From Lama guanicoe (taxonomy: Eukaryota), in the NCBI GenBank assembly GCA_013239625.1, contig MU054323.1:2592161-2656160 (forward strand): a stretch of 64,000 nucleotides of DNA, given 5' to 3'. Below the pieces are notes generated by a model. The model was not told the origin of the DNA. It did not search any database and was given only the letters and a program-made list of their open reading frames with translations. This document shows positions 49,723 to 63,141 of the stretch, one piece after another (the first letter of the stretch is position 1; each line of letters starts with the position of its first letter). The position numbers and the translations under genes were made by a program.

Positions 49723-51914
49723 AGTCATGAGGAGTTAGAGGAAGTACTTAGGATCAATTAACCCCACTCTTCCGGTGGTTTTGCAGTTAGAGCAGGCAGG
49801 GGAGAAAAGGTGAGGATCAGCCTTGTTTGCAAGTTTCCACTGTAAGTCCTTATACTCCAGCTTTTTTCTCACTGCTCCCTCACCAGGATTTTATAGCTCT
49901 CTGAAGCAACAGAGGGAGACAGGGAAAGTAAATCACATTTCCCGCAAAACTTTTAGCATGGAAGAATCTGAGGTAGTTGACCTGCTGAAGGTCTTGTGGG
50001 AAATTATGGGAGAGTGTGAACTCTCCTGCTGGGCAAGAGGGATGTGGTCCAAGTCCTGTCACTGGCTAGAACTGGCATCTTGTGAACCCTACCCTCCAAC
50101 CTAGACAGAGATGGGGTTCCAGTGATAAAGGATGGACTTGACTAGAGAGTGACTCTTTGGTATCTCTTCCTTTTTTATGGTCACTACAGGCTTGTGTGTC
50201 CTGGGAATTGCCATTAAAAATGAAATCTAGTTAAACCTGGGGTTCGTGAACTTTGTGAACAATCATAAATCCCTTTGAGGAAAAATCCATGCCCTCTCTC
50301 CCCAGAAATTAAAATACAAAGAAATTGTTGAAAATACAGAGACGTTTCTTGAAAAACCACCCTATAATCTCAAGATAAAGATGGGATAGAAGGTTAGAAC
50401 AAGGATGGGATTATCAGGCACAACAGTTGGGCTCTATTTTAAGTTTTAGCACTCTGATTGCTAAGAACAAAGAGAAAGCACATTGGTTTAATAATGGTTA
50501 TTAGCTAAAATCCAAAGCATTTAAATCCATGTTTAGAGAATATTTCTTTCTAAACTTAAATTCAAGGGGGAAAAATATTACATGGATCTTGATAGCACAC
50601 AACCCAAAGCTTTCAACTTTGACCCCCTTTTGAGGATCTAGGAAACAGCGATCATCCTTCCGGTGATCTAATTAACTACTTTTCAAGCCTAAGCGAAGAT
50701 CCGTAGCGCCCATAGCTCCTTCTCCCAGAAGGAGAATCCTGTGGCTCATCATCACTAAGAACCCCTTTCCTAGGACACCGTGGCGAGGACATGCCTCAGG
50801 GCCCAGTATCCTCGCACATTCATTCATTCACAGATGTTTCTCCTCGGGACCTCTTTTATGCCAGAAGTTGGATTAGCCATTGGTCAATAGGAACTGACAC
50901 GTAGCAGGTGAGAGAATGAGCTACGGGCAGAAAGAGGCAATTTGCAGAGGTATAATCATTTTCACCTCTGGATCGCCCCTGCCCAGCAGCAGTTCGAGTG
51001 CGGAGGTGAGCCCCTCTATCCTGTGTGCAGCCCTGTCCTTTACACCAGCGAGACGTTCCCTGGGGCCAGAGCCTGTGAGTTGCATCTGTGGTACCTGCAG
51101 TTCTGATGATGCCACTGGGTGTTCAGTAAATACCTGCAGAGAGACATGCTCCCATCCTCTCTTGAACCACTGGGTCTTTCCCTAAGCCAGTGGGTGTCTG
51201 CCTCATGAGCTCTTCCCTGCATACATTCTGTCTGACCCCTTGCGGGACCTGCAAACTGGCCCTTCCCTTAGTCCCAAACCTGTTCCTCCTAGTGGGGCTA
51301 AGACAACACTTCTTTTCCAAGACTGACTCTCGGGGCCTCATGTGGTTTTCCTGCCCCTGTGCACCATCCATGCCCCACATCAAAGGATTTCATACCAGCC
51401 CCGCTCATGTCTCAAGCTTCTGACACTAGAAGTAGCAACGTTTGCCTTTCTTTTTCACTCTTAGCTTTGCAATAGATGACAAAAAACATCTTTGGATGAA
51501 GCTAGAGCTGGCCTGTGGCAATAAGGAGTCAGGTCATGGGGATGCCAGACTCTTTTAAAATAAATAAATGCTGAAATTACCTATTTAAAATAATATTTAA
51601 GGTACATACTGAAATCACTAAAAGAAGAAGATAAAAGCATGATTCCATTAATGTTCTAGTTCCTATTTTAAGGAAAAAGTCCCAATCTTTAGTTTTGGGC
51701 ACTTACACCACAGCTATAATTCTGGAGAAACTTAGGAAATGAGGGAACAATGTTTAGTGTTATTATTTCTAAAAGCAAGCCTGTAGGAAACATATCCTTG
51801 TGATTTAGAGTTATATAATATGATCTCAGCTAAGGAAACTGGAAAAGGAGAAGTATCTCAGGAGACATTCTGGTCTGTAGCATCAACTGGCCTGCTGCCA
51901 TCCCCACGTAACAG

Positions 51915-52145
51915 CAGCAACTCACGTCCACGACGTGTTCTCTAAGTGCCTGCCACCCGGTGAGACCGTTACACACATTATCTCATTTAATCCTCAATAA
52001 CAACCCTGTGAGTCCGCTGTTATTATTCCCTTTGCACAAATAAGGAAACTGAGACTTTAGAGGTGAGTTTAAACATTTGTAAGTGACAGCTGGGATTAAA
52101 ATCCAAGCGTGTCTGAGTCCATAGCCCAGAATTTTGCTATACTGA
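51915..52145 (-). mobile_element. MIR SINE
   Basis: cattatctcatttaatcctcaataacaaccctgtgag...ttattattccc...aaggaaactgagac...gctgggattaaaatccaag. Confidence 0.88.
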
Positions 52146-52329
52146 ACTCCTGAATTATATTTAATCACTGACTCTTATAAAGTGTAGGTCCAGATCCTTT
52201 GATTTCTCTAGTGCATTTCCAATATAATGTGTTGCATTTACCACAAAGATTGTTTTGATTCTGGCTATCAGTGTTGTCACTGTGGTAAAGGAAAAAGATC
52301 ATAAACAATTATTATTACTATTGATAAAA

Positions 52330-52480
52330 CCAACATATGTCATTTATCGTTTATAAGGTACTTCCATAACCATTAATTTTGATGAATTTTTCAACAACTC
52401 TATGAGGTGGGCATGTCCCTGTTTTACAGACAGGAGACTGAAGCTCAGAGAGTTTAAATGACTGCTACAAAGTCTGTTAA
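52330..52480 (-). mobile_element. MIR fragment
   Basis: tcaacaactctatgaggtggg...ccctgttttacagacaggagactgaagctcagagagtttaaatgact. Confidence 0.8.
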
Positions 52481-54661
52481 CCTGTCACTGTTAGGCAGAC
52501 CCCACTAGCGCATCCCTGAGGCTCATGCCTCCTTAATCCCCTGCCCCGGGCGTCTCGCCTGCTTTACCCTGGGCCCTGCCCTGAGACCAAGCCTCAGCCT
52601 AAACTCAGTGCTCTTAGTTATGCCTGTTATCAATTTCCATCAGCTTGTAAGATACAGATGTTCCTGAAAAAGATGGATGCACCAAATCAACAATGAGTAA
52701 GGAAGCCCAACTACAAGTGCAGTGAGAATTCCAAGACTCTTGGCGAGACGCAGCTTCTTCTTGGGCCGTTAGACTGGGAGCCTCTGGGAGACAGCCGTTA
52801 TAAATCATTTGTCTCTGCACCTCCAGCCTTGGCCTTCGGCTTAATGCCCAGTGGATACTTAATTCTTTCTGAATGATGAATGAATGAGTGAACCAGTCAA
52901 TCAACAAATACTTCTGAGTTAAAAGTTCTTCGGTATCTTTCTTCTTAACCTAGTGCTTCCTCTTTTGACTTTTTTGACTTGTTCTTAGGATTTGGAGACG
53001 ATGGAAGGAAAAGCACGGAGCCTTGCTGAGCCCCAGGCCAAATAGGAGGCAGGGAACGGGGGCCACACGCTGCACCCCTGCTGTGTCTCCCCGCCTCTTT
53101 TGCTGACTCAGCTCCTTGATCCCACGATGCCTCCCTCTGTGCTCCTGGAGGCAGCAGGAGAGGAGTCCTCACCATTGTGGGAGGACGACTTTCAGCTGGC
53201 CTTCCCTGCTCCAGATTATTTTTTAGGAAAACGGAGCTCTTTTCTTGTGAAGTCCAGGAGCTGCCACCACTTTGGAGAATGTTGAGATGCAATTTTACCT
53301 AAAGAAGAGCTTCTTTTATTTATGTTTAGCAAGAAAGAGCAGCGAGACATCCCAGTTTTTAACATGGATTGAAAATGGAGTTCTGCCAGTTTTCTTTGTT
53401 TTACTCTGCCCTGCTCTGCCGGCCAGGGGAGGGGAGGAACAAGCAGGCTGTGTTCCTGGAGCGTTTTTCTGAGAACAGGAAAATGTCAGTGATTTAGATA
53501 ATTGAGTATCGGGATTAAAATTTACCTGTGCCACCACGTTAAATAAAAAAGGTCTTGATTGAATAATATCAGCAAAGCAAACAGGATGATAAGGTAGCAT
53601 TTCTGTCTGATTTAATGAAATAATTATTTTTATTGATTGTGTATATAAGTAATGGTAATTGTGATCCAATTCAATCTACTTATTAAAACATATCCCACAA
53701 GGCCTTCTACTAATCAGGAACCATTTCTTAGTCTACTTTGGTTACATAAATACCTTTCTTGGGTTTTGTTACTGTTGACAACTCAGATTTTAGTCTCTCT
53801 CTTGCCAGAGATTGTCCTTGTCCACGAGGTTTCACCAGGGTTTTTACCCGTGAAAATGTCCCATGGGACGGGCTTCTGGAAAGGAGTTTGCCAGGACCAG
53901 CCCTGACCTGAGAAAGGTGATAAAACTGTGCAAGGAAATGGAATGTGTCCAGAAAGGTCTTTGGATGGAATTCCAAAAGCAGATGAATCTCTGCTCTGGA
54001 GCCACAATCTTCAGTAGCGTTGAGATCTTTCAGCATCCTCCTTTGCACGATAAAATTGTTAAGAGAGGTGAAGAAATTGGCCTGGGAGGCAGTCATTTCA
54101 TCTGTGCCCAAATACCTTGTAAACAAGGAGAGATTTTAAGTGCGGAGTGACTCTTTGCTTTCAGGGGCTTCCAGGGTAAGGCGGTGCTGAAGGAAGATGT
54201 TGACAAAGAGCAGAGGGGGCCGGACGAGGGCCCTGTTCCTTCCTGGCCCGGGGAACACTGCCAACCATGTGTGGGCACCCTGACTCCCCCTACAGAACAA
54301 GCCTGGCCTCGGAGCTGAAAGGATCTCCTGTTGTTACCTGGGCAACACCGGTACAACTAGCTCAGATATAAGTATCTGCCTAACGAGACACCCCGGCTCA
54401 CTGATGAGACCAGCGGAAAGTTAGTGATGCTGGGAAGGCGGGAACACAGGTTTTCTGTCCCTTCAGCTGGTGGGGTGTGTATAGCTCTACACTGCTTCCC
54501 GTGGCCTGGCCCTGTGTGTTTGCAGAGGAAACATGAGCACAGAGCATCAAAATTGGTCAGGCATTTTCACACATCACCAGTACAATCTGTACTAGGACAC
54601 AGCAAATCACTAGCCTCTGAGAGCCTGGGGGACTCTGCTCTCCTCTCCCCGCTCCCACCCC

Positions 54662-54663
<2 letters not shown>

Positions 54664-54704
<41 letters not shown>
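54664..54704. repeat. Perfect (AC)20 microsatellite
   Basis: Read directly. Confidence 0.97.
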
Positions 54705-54707
<3 letters not shown>

Positions 54708-54799
54708 ATTTGTATTGTCTGAGCTCTTCAAAACCTCCGTGGTGGGTGACCACGCCCACCACAGCAATCTCTCCCATCAACCGAATTCCCAAAGAATTA

Positions 54800-54930
54800 A
54801 TTATTCTCTCTGCCAAAGATGTCTTGTCGCTCCCAAAAGAATGAGAAGCTCTCAAACACTTCAGTGTCTTTCACAGTGCCTACACTTGATTGGCACTTAC
54901 TTAGTTAAGATTTTCAGGTTGGTTGAATAA
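54800..54930 (+). mobile_element. L2 3' end
   Basis: cagtgtctttcacagtgcctacacttgattggcacttacttag...gttggttgaat. Confidence 0.5.
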
Positions 54931-55984
54931 TTTCAGTGTCGTAAATAAACACCCAGAAGTGACTCCTCCTTCTGTCTCATCTCCACATCTGTCCCCCATC
55001 CCATAGCCTTTCAGGACCCCTGGGTAGGGCCAGGCCTGCTGGTCAGTCATGGGATTAGGGACTTGTCCCTTCCCTGGAAGCTAAGGGGCTGCACCCACGA
55101 TATGTAAGAACCTTTCTGGTGTAACCTAATGGGTTTAGCTGACTCTAGACTTTTCAGATGGTCATTTGGTTAGTGCCTCAGTCAGCCAATTCATAAGTTC
55201 ATTTTCAACCTTTAAGTGGAGATTTAAAATTAAGCTTTTTTGTCTCATTAGTCTTTCTGGCTTCTCGTTTTCCTCTTGATCATCCAAGTTCCTTTCTGCC
55301 CCTGGGAAAATAAGCACTGGCCTCAATGCTATCCTGTGATCCACTAAGAACCTCTGCCCCTTTCTGCAGTGATTCACGCAGAACTCCCTCCTCCTCTGCC
55401 AGGGAGGGCCATCCCCTCCCCCCCCCCACCCAAGGGCAGCCCCACCTGCCTAACACCCTGATGGCTGCATCCTGCATCGTGATGAGGGCTCTGAGCACTT
55501 TCCTCCCAAACCAGCCCTGTGGTCCAATCCCCTCCAGACTGCAGCCTCTCACCGAAAAGTTTTATTGTCTCTGCTTTTCGATTTTGTTTGCTTGTTATCT
55601 ACTCATGGGCCCCTTTTACCTTCCTCTCCACATACCACCTACCCATCCCCTCCTCTCCCTGACAGGCCCCACAGGCCCCTCCATCCTCCAGATCTTGGGA
55701 GACCCTTGTGCGGTGATCACTACAGGTGCTTTCCAGGCCTCCGCTTTCCACCCTACAACCTAGACAACCAGACGCAGTCATAACTGCATCCTCCCCCCCC
55801 CAATCAGGTTTCCTTCTGACTGAGAGCTGGAAAGTCAGCTGGCGCGTCAGCTGGAACCGCATCCCGCCCACCGAGGAGGCCTGGTGTCCTCCCTGGGGAG
55901 AAGCACCTGCCCAGATACGCCTGCCCTGCTCCCACCGCCCCTGAGTCACTAGTCCGTGGTGTTGCTGCCACACGCCCATGCCCC

Positions 55985-56103
55985 CTGCACTATAACGCTC
56001 AGGAAACCGGAAGTACATCTCAGTCACTTTGCAGTCCCCACACATTCAGGACTGGCCCAGAGCTGTGATCAGTAAGTTGTGTTGAATGAATGAATGAATG
56101 AAC
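55985..56103 (+). mobile_element. L2 3' end
   Basis: cactttgcagtcccca...caggactggcccagag...tcagtaagttgtgttgaatgaatgaatgaatgaa. Confidence 0.7.
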
Positions 56104-58644
56104 AAGTAGCCATTTGGAGCAGGCTCCTTTCTCCACACAGAGATTTCTCATTTCCTCTCCCTTCCAAGCCCTTCACGTTCATGCTCTGTGTCCCATGCCT
56201 GGCTTCCTGGCTTCCCCTCCCGGGTCAGTTCTCACTACCTACCGGACTGATATTTGTGAACTACAAGTCACCCCTCTCGAATTTAAACTAAGCAGGCCCG
56301 ATTCTTTTGCCTTTCTTCACAGAACTCGCCTTTTCACCATTATCTTCCCTTTATTTGGACTCTCTCCAAGTGGTCCGCCTCCCTCCTGAGTTGTAAAGCG
56401 GAGAAAGAGGTTAGGTTTGTAAGGCCAAGCCATTAGGTTTTATCTCCTCAGGTGGGAGCCTCTGAGAAGTCTGGCTTCTTGCTCTCGGAGACTGTCGTAA
56501 GTTTCAATTAGCCAGAATGACACAACTCCCCCGAGAGCGGCCACATCTCCTGCGCACTGGTCAGAGCTGCGGCGGGCTGTGAAGGCTGCTCGTCATTTTA
56601 GGAGCGGCTTTCAGGAGGTCTGTGACCAGCAGAGACCGTCTTTACAATCAAGGTGGGAATGAACTGGCAAAAGCGTGATGGCCCAGGAAACCGTTGTGGT
56701 CGCCGCACTTCCACTGCGAGGTTTATCCTCCTCTTCTGTTTACCAAGGTCTTTTCAAAATTATTATAATTATTAAACACCTAGGATTGTAGGGTTTGCAA
56801 GCTGCATGATAGGAAGGCTTAAGCTCAAGTTGCCTAAGTTTTGGAAGAGGATCAAAACCCAAGCTGAAGCTCCTTCCCGTTGGGCTCACAGGCCGCTGTT
56901 ACTGTGTTTAGCTTTGGATAAACTTTCCTAGGGAGGGTGACTGCTCACAGAGGTTCGTTTTAAACATGCAGGCTTAGATCAGGCTTCATGTGTGAGCGCA
57001 GGCCTGTCATCATGCATTCCAGGTCACTCTCCGAAATGAATTTGTCTTTCCTCAATGTTTCTCAGAGCCGGGGAGCAGACATTCCTCCGGCTCTGCATTA
57101 ATCCAATTACTAAACACCTGCAGACATGCAATAACAGTTTGGGTGCCAAGAGCCTTAGAAATGGTTTTATAGCCGAATGTAATCTGCTGTCCTGCTATCA
57201 GGAGTCACGTTACACACCTGCCAAGATCCAAGCCAAGAAAATAACATTCGCAGTTCTCACTCTGGGCAGGAATGCTCTGTGCACATTAGAGAGACAGAGT
57301 GACAGGCATTTTAGCTCGACTGCCACAGAGCCCATTAAACATTCTGAACTTCTTGGTAATTGTATTCAAAGTCGTTTTAGTACTAAAACATATACAAGAA
57401 AATTAGGACAAAACAGGATTTTCCTTCCAGGGACAGGTAAGGCAAAATCCTTCCCCACCAAAAACAATTCAAAGAACATGATGACTTGTGCTGATCCCCG
57501 GTGCTTCAGAAAATGTCAGAGGGGGCTTCTTGTGGGATAATCCCCAGGATGCCTCACGGCCGCAAGGATGCCTGAAAGGAGAAGGTAATCCCACCCCACC
57601 GCTTCACTCTACCTCACTGCCAAGTGTCTAAGTCATTTAGATTTTCCTAAAGACCCTGACCTTGAGCCCAAGACCAGTGACTGCTGGAGGGACATAATGA
57701 CACCTTTCTCCAAGTACAGCTGCCTCTAAAAGCAGCAGCAGACCTCTGAGAGTCTGTCAGAATAACCAAAACAAGCCTTGATTGAGAATTGTGTGGGTTT
57801 TTTTTTTTTTCCTGAACTGGTTTTGGAAATATTCTATTGCTGCCTATGGTAAGAGTTAAACAAATCACTCGCAGAAATCCCTACTTCCATGCTTTTCACA
57901 AAAAAACAAATTTCTCTACAACCAGAGCTGCCCAGTGATTTAATTTTCGCCGACTTGAGCTCTTACAGGATGGGGACAGTATCCGCCCATTTCTCTGTAC
58001 CCACGTGACCTGCGGGGACCGGGCGTGGAACATGGTGGGAAATGTTTGCCGAATGAATTCGGGGGCGGAGGGTCCTTTCCCACGGTGCACCACCCTGGGC
58101 TGAGCAGGCACCAAGCAAACGTGAGGCCGTCCTTTCCCTCCCCCTGGTCACTTAGTCTACAAAAGAAACCACTGGAAACATCAGCCACCAGGACAGAAGA
58201 GAGTAGTCGTGTCCAGGGGAAGAAGGCAGAAGGGGTGCCCTTTACGCTGCCTCCTTTGAGCTACCCACCCTCGCCTTTGAACAAACCTCACTTTGAACCA
58301 AGATTTCCAGACTCCCTCAGACAGCCTGTCACTCTGCACCTCAGAGCACTCAGAGTCTGTCCCCAACTCCCCGGCTTTGGCACTTCTGCAGCAGTAAAAC
58401 ATGGCATGTGATTGATCGCCGCCCGCAGTGAGTCTCGGCTTCCCAGAGCGGGCATGAGCTCCCCAAGGGCAGGAAGTGGCGTGCTTCTCAGCTCTCTCAG
58501 GTTTGGCCCCGCTGAGTGCCCACGGTCCAGGCACTCAGCAAATAGAGAGGGCCCCTTCGAGTTTACTCTACTTGGAGTTTTCTTTCTAAAAAAATACACA
58601 GCTTAGAGGTCTCAGGTAACTTGGTTTCCTGCTGTAGTCCAAGT

Positions 58645-58822
58645 CCTTGCTAGTCAAAGTGTGGTCCTGTGGTCCAGGGACCAGCAGCATCGGCATCACC
58701 TGGGAATTTGTTAAAAATACAGCCGCCTAAGCGCCCCCCAACCCCAAACCCACTGCATCGGCCCCTGCGGTCCAGCAGGGGCCCCAGGAAAGTCAAATGC
58801 ATTTTCAAGGCTGGGGAGCCTC
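58645..58822 (+). mobile_element. MER5A-like hAT-Charlie MITE
   Basis: ccttgctagtcaaagtgtggtcc...gaccagcagcatcggcatcacctgggaatttgttaaaaatac. Confidence 0.85.
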
Positions 58823-59467
58823 ATTAAGCTACACCTTCCTCTCTGAATGGGACCCTGCAGAACACTGAGGAGTCCGATCCCTGGCAGAGTCCTCTGTGTG
58901 ATCCACGAGCTGCATAGCTCCACGCAGCTCCCCACGGCAGAGAAAGACAACGTGGAGCCAAGGGGTCTGAGCCAGAAGAGAAGGCAGACAACAGCACCTC
59001 CACCAAGTGCCTGAGAGGACACTTCGGTGTCCAGAGAGCAGGCGCGCATGGCCAGAGGCAAGGCGGCCAGAAGCTGGCTCCAGAGGAGCATTCCCAGACT
59101 GGGGCCTCGACCTGCCAGCCCCGCCCACGTGGCCCAGCGTTCCCAGCCCACATGTAACCTTCAGCCCCTGCCCAGAGCACTCAGCGTGACAGTAATAATA
59201 GTAGTCACAAGAAAATGCAACCTCGATCATGCTAACAACTTTTGAAAAGTAAAATGCTGGGGATATGATTTCAATTAAAACTCACATTGTCTGACTTGTC
59301 TCTCTGCACAGCAGACGTTCACCTCCTCTTGCCCTCTTAACCTTCTCTTTTTAAAACTAAGGAGGACAAGAGGCACTGGATTGATGCCTGCTCCCACCTC
59401 CACCTCGAGGTGTGGGGGTCTGTATGCCCCACGTTACTTCCCATGCCCTGTCTGCTGAGCCCCCAAT

Positions 59468-59469
<2 letters not shown>

Positions 59470-59498
<29 letters not shown>
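59470..59498. repeat. Poly(A)29 tract
   Basis: Read directly. Confidence 0.97.
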
Positions 59499-59501
<3 letters not shown>

Positions 59502-60246
59502 TTTCATGCTAACCTCACCCCAAACAAATCCCCCAAATTGTGGGCAGAATCTGAGTCCCTTTCCTCTACCCCGCCTCCACCTTGTCTCAGTTTATGAATA
59601 AACAATTCTGAGCTTAAAAGGAACTGCTCATGCACAAATGGAAAGAGCCTAAATTCCTTGCCAGAGCTTGTCTCATGCAGACAGCCCAATAATCTACCTC
59701 ATTTGTGCTGAAGGTGACTTTTTCTAAATCAATTCTGATCACCCAGCAGGTGAGTGCCAGATAGCCAGGTGGGGATGGGGAAACGGCCTGGTCAGCATCC
59801 CAGTGCATACTCTCCCCAAGGAAACAGACTTGCTGTCACCCTGGAGATCGCTCATGCTGTCTTTCAACAAGATGCTACACAGAATACAACAAACAAGGCC
59901 AGCACCAAAGCCATTTGGTTACATGTAAACAATCAAACTTGTGCTTCCTAAAAAATTTATGAACTAACGCAGCAGATATTTCTTGAGTGTTTGACCGCCT
60001 TTCTGAGTCTCATTCCCATCTTTTCTTATCCAAGTAATGCCTATTCATTCTTTACAATTAGCTCAAATGTTATCTACATCAAAATTTTTCTAACTCTTCC
60101 CAAATTTCCCAAATGCTCTCCCATTCTGTTTGGGGTAAGTATCCTCCTTTGATGGGGGTTTTCAGGAAAACAAAATTAGCAACTGTTCAGATGGTTTCTG
60201 TCTATTACTGTGAGGGGAATTAACAGTGACTTTGAAATTCAAATGA

Positions 60247-60420
60247 AGTAACTTCTGTTATAATGTCGTATATATGTTCCTGATAAACCTCACATTTTAT
60301 AAAACCACACATTAAAAGCAGCAGGGCTTTGGGGAAAATAAAGTTAAGAGTGGATCATTCAAAACATGAAATTTTAAACAGCACTAACAAAAATAGTAAC
60401 AATTAGTAACACAAATAATA
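60247..60420. mobile_element. TcMar-Tigger-like (Tigger13a-type) remnant
   Basis: ctgttataatgtcg...gttcctgataaacctcaca...aaaaccacacattaaaa...agggcttt.ggggaaaat resembles a Tigger terminus. Confidence 0.5.
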
Positions 60421-60986
60421 GAGTAGTTAAATCACCACTGGTTTTTGCTCCCGGCATCAGAGCCCCTCTATGTTTTGCATCTTTAATTTTTTTAATTTAA
60501 TTTTCCACTTAATTCCTTTCATTTCTGCCTTCAAGACATAGGTCCTGAAGGGCATTTCATCTCATAGAGATCAGTTTCATCAAAATAAAATATATGATCC
60601 AAGGCGTAAACTTTCTTTATCAGTTAATTTTTTTTAACACTAAGGGAAATGTACTTGCAGCTCCTTCACTTGCCTTATAGCTTCCCCAAATAGTTTACAA
60701 CAGAAGGAAGTGTACCAGTGCTTAAAGCCATCATACCAGTCACTTCTTGCTCTAAAGGAAAGCATTGTGCAGGGTTTTCAGCCTTTTTCTTAAGGTTTTT
60801 CATTTATCACAAAGGCTGTCACTTTACTTGAAAACAAACTTGCCCTCTTTTTTAAACACGTTAAAAAATTTTGTGAAAAATCACCATTATACTGATACCA
60901 TTTTTCCTATTAAAAGAAACATGTAACAGAACGGGCTGTACAGACACTTGCAGCGAATACTATGTGAGTGTTTCAAACATCAGTTG

Positions 60987-61391
60987 TGTGGCTGACAGAA
61001 TAATGTCCCTTGGAGAGCAAAAGGGACTTAACAACCTTGCAGATGAGACTGAGCTGAGGATATTAAGATGGGAAGATTAGCTTGGATTATCTAGGCTGGT
61101 CCAGCATAGTCACGAGGGTCCTTATACGAGGCAGACAGGCAGAGAGTTGGAGATGTGATGACTGCAGCAGATGTTGGGGCGACGTAGGGTCACAACCCAA
61201 GGAATGTAGGCAGCCTCCTGCCAGGTGTAAAAGCCAAAGAAATGGGTTCTTCTCCAGGGCATCCAACGGAACGCAGCCCTGCTGGCCCATCTTAGGCTTT
61301 TGACCTCCAGAACTGTATGAAAATAAATGTGTGTCGCTTTAAGCCACTAACTTAATGGTGATTTGTTACAGAACAACAGGAAACTAATACA
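60987..61391 (+). mobile_element. MLT1C/D-like (MaLR) solo LTR
   Basis: tgtggctgacagaataatg...gatgggaagattagcttggattatctagg...caaggaatgtaggcagcctc...tgacctccagaactgt...aataaatgtgtg...taagccact...ggaaactaataca. Confidence 0.9.
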
Positions 61392-62764
61392 ATAGTAAGA
61401 TCAACATCAGTCATTATTTCTTCATCTATCTATTTACCAACACTACCTCCCCAGTTTTTCAACTGAGGAAACATGATAAAACTTTACTGTGGGCGTACCA
61501 CTGTAAGAGCCTTGCCACTACTGTCTCATAGCAGACGTGTTCATGTATTCAAAGACTGAAACAACAAAGAGGTAACTATAGTCAGAAAGGACTTTGTTAA
61601 GCATTTAATATAAACTGAATAAATCCTTATGCTTACTGCATGATGCCCCAAGTAATTCATCAAGGTACTGCACAGAGCAATATTTAGACCAAAAACAGCC
61701 CATCTAGATGTGGAATCTCGGTCTTAGGATCAGTAATGAACACTGTAGGCATATAATGGGGCCTGAACCCAGTTGTATCCAGTCTCGGGGAACTGCTTAC
61801 TACACATGCAAAACCGTGCATCACACCTGCCCCGAACCCCACAAAGCAGGCAGACGATGGCGCCTCATCCCCAGGCTGAGTAAACAGGGAGAACCCGCAC
61901 CTGGAGCCACCACCCGGGGGCAGGGCCTCCACTCACATCCGGACTCCAAGCTAAGCCCACGACTTCAGATACCTTTTCTTTCTAGGATCAGAAGCAAGCA
62001 GCTTGGAAAAGCACATAAGACACAGTATATACCACACCTTATCATTCTCACACCAACTGCATCAACTGTCTACTGAACATCTTTCCAATGAAAAGCAAGA
62101 AAAGAGAAAGAGAAATGGCCAAGACCTTTAGCACCTCCTCAAGGAAGCTTCCAAGGCCATTGTGACTGATCACAGATTTCACATAATTCACTGCTGTGCT
62201 GCTGCAGGGGGTTTGAACGTGGAGTTTCCTCTCCCATCTTTCTACACTCTTTTCACTTAAAGTAGTGTGTTCATATTCTCACTGTTCAGTGTGGGCCAGC
62301 AAAGCCTCAGTGATTCACTTTTCCCATGCTTACTCAACACATTTCCAGATCAAAAATAGACTTAGGTGACATAATCAGTAGTCACTTAACAAACATAAAA
62401 AACAGCCCTAGGGGGTTTACGCAAAGTCCAAACGGAAATATGAACTTGGCTCACCTGATAGATCTGAGTTGTGGCTGGCAGAGCTCGAAATACACATCCC
62501 TTTCTTATCTCCCTCCAATTTCTCACCATGACTACTCTCTCAGAGAACTCCCTCATATTTTCAGATGAGTCTAAGAGGGAAATTCAATTCTTTTCTCAAA
62601 AGTAGGAAAAGTGAGTCCTTTTCTCTTGGGACTCAGGAGCCTCCAACCATGCCGCCAGTTCATTGGGTCACTCCATATTGCAGGGGCCCAAGTGCAGCTC
62701 TCTGAAAAACAGAGTGTGGTTGATCTTCTGCATAGATGGTGCAGCGTCCATAGATGGTGCCAAG

Positions 62765-63141
62765 TGCCCTTCCTTTTCCTGCAAGCTCACGCCACTCTTC
62801 TGTCTACTTCTTCTCTTCTAAATGCCTGGCTGCCCTGCAACTTGCTTTGGGCAATAGAATGTGATGGAAGCCAGTTCTGAGCCAACCCTGGGAGGCCAGG
62901 TAGGTACTGTTTTCTGTCTCTGGGAAGGCAGCCTCCAGGTGAAGATGCTCAGGTTGACAACTGAATGGTGAGCAACTGTGTGGAGAGAGAATGGCCACGT
63001 GCAGGAGAACCAGAAAGAGAGATCTTCCCCAATAACTGCATCCTGACAGCATCACAGAGTCATGAGCAAATAAATGGTGGTGGCTGTTTAGCCAATGCAT
63101 TTGGGGGAGATTATGTTATGCAAAAATAGAAAACTGAAACA
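62765..63141 (+). mobile_element. Old MLT1 (H/I/J-like) solo LTR
   Basis: acttgctttgggcaatagaatgtgatggaag...catgagcaaataaatggtggtggctgtttagcc...tgttatgcaaaaatagaaaactgaaaca. Confidence 0.75.

Noticed and set aside
53863..54150. 95-aa ATG-initiated ORF
   Set aside because: No recognisable homology, and the length is within chance expectation.
57055..57540. 161-aa ATG-initiated ORF
   Set aside because: No recognisable protein similarity and poor start context. It overlaps the motif cluster better explained as regulatory DNA.
57960..59200. CpG island / gene promoter
   Set aside because: CpG is elevated but looks too sparse by eye for a canonical island, and no first exon was identified. The o/e ratio was not computed.
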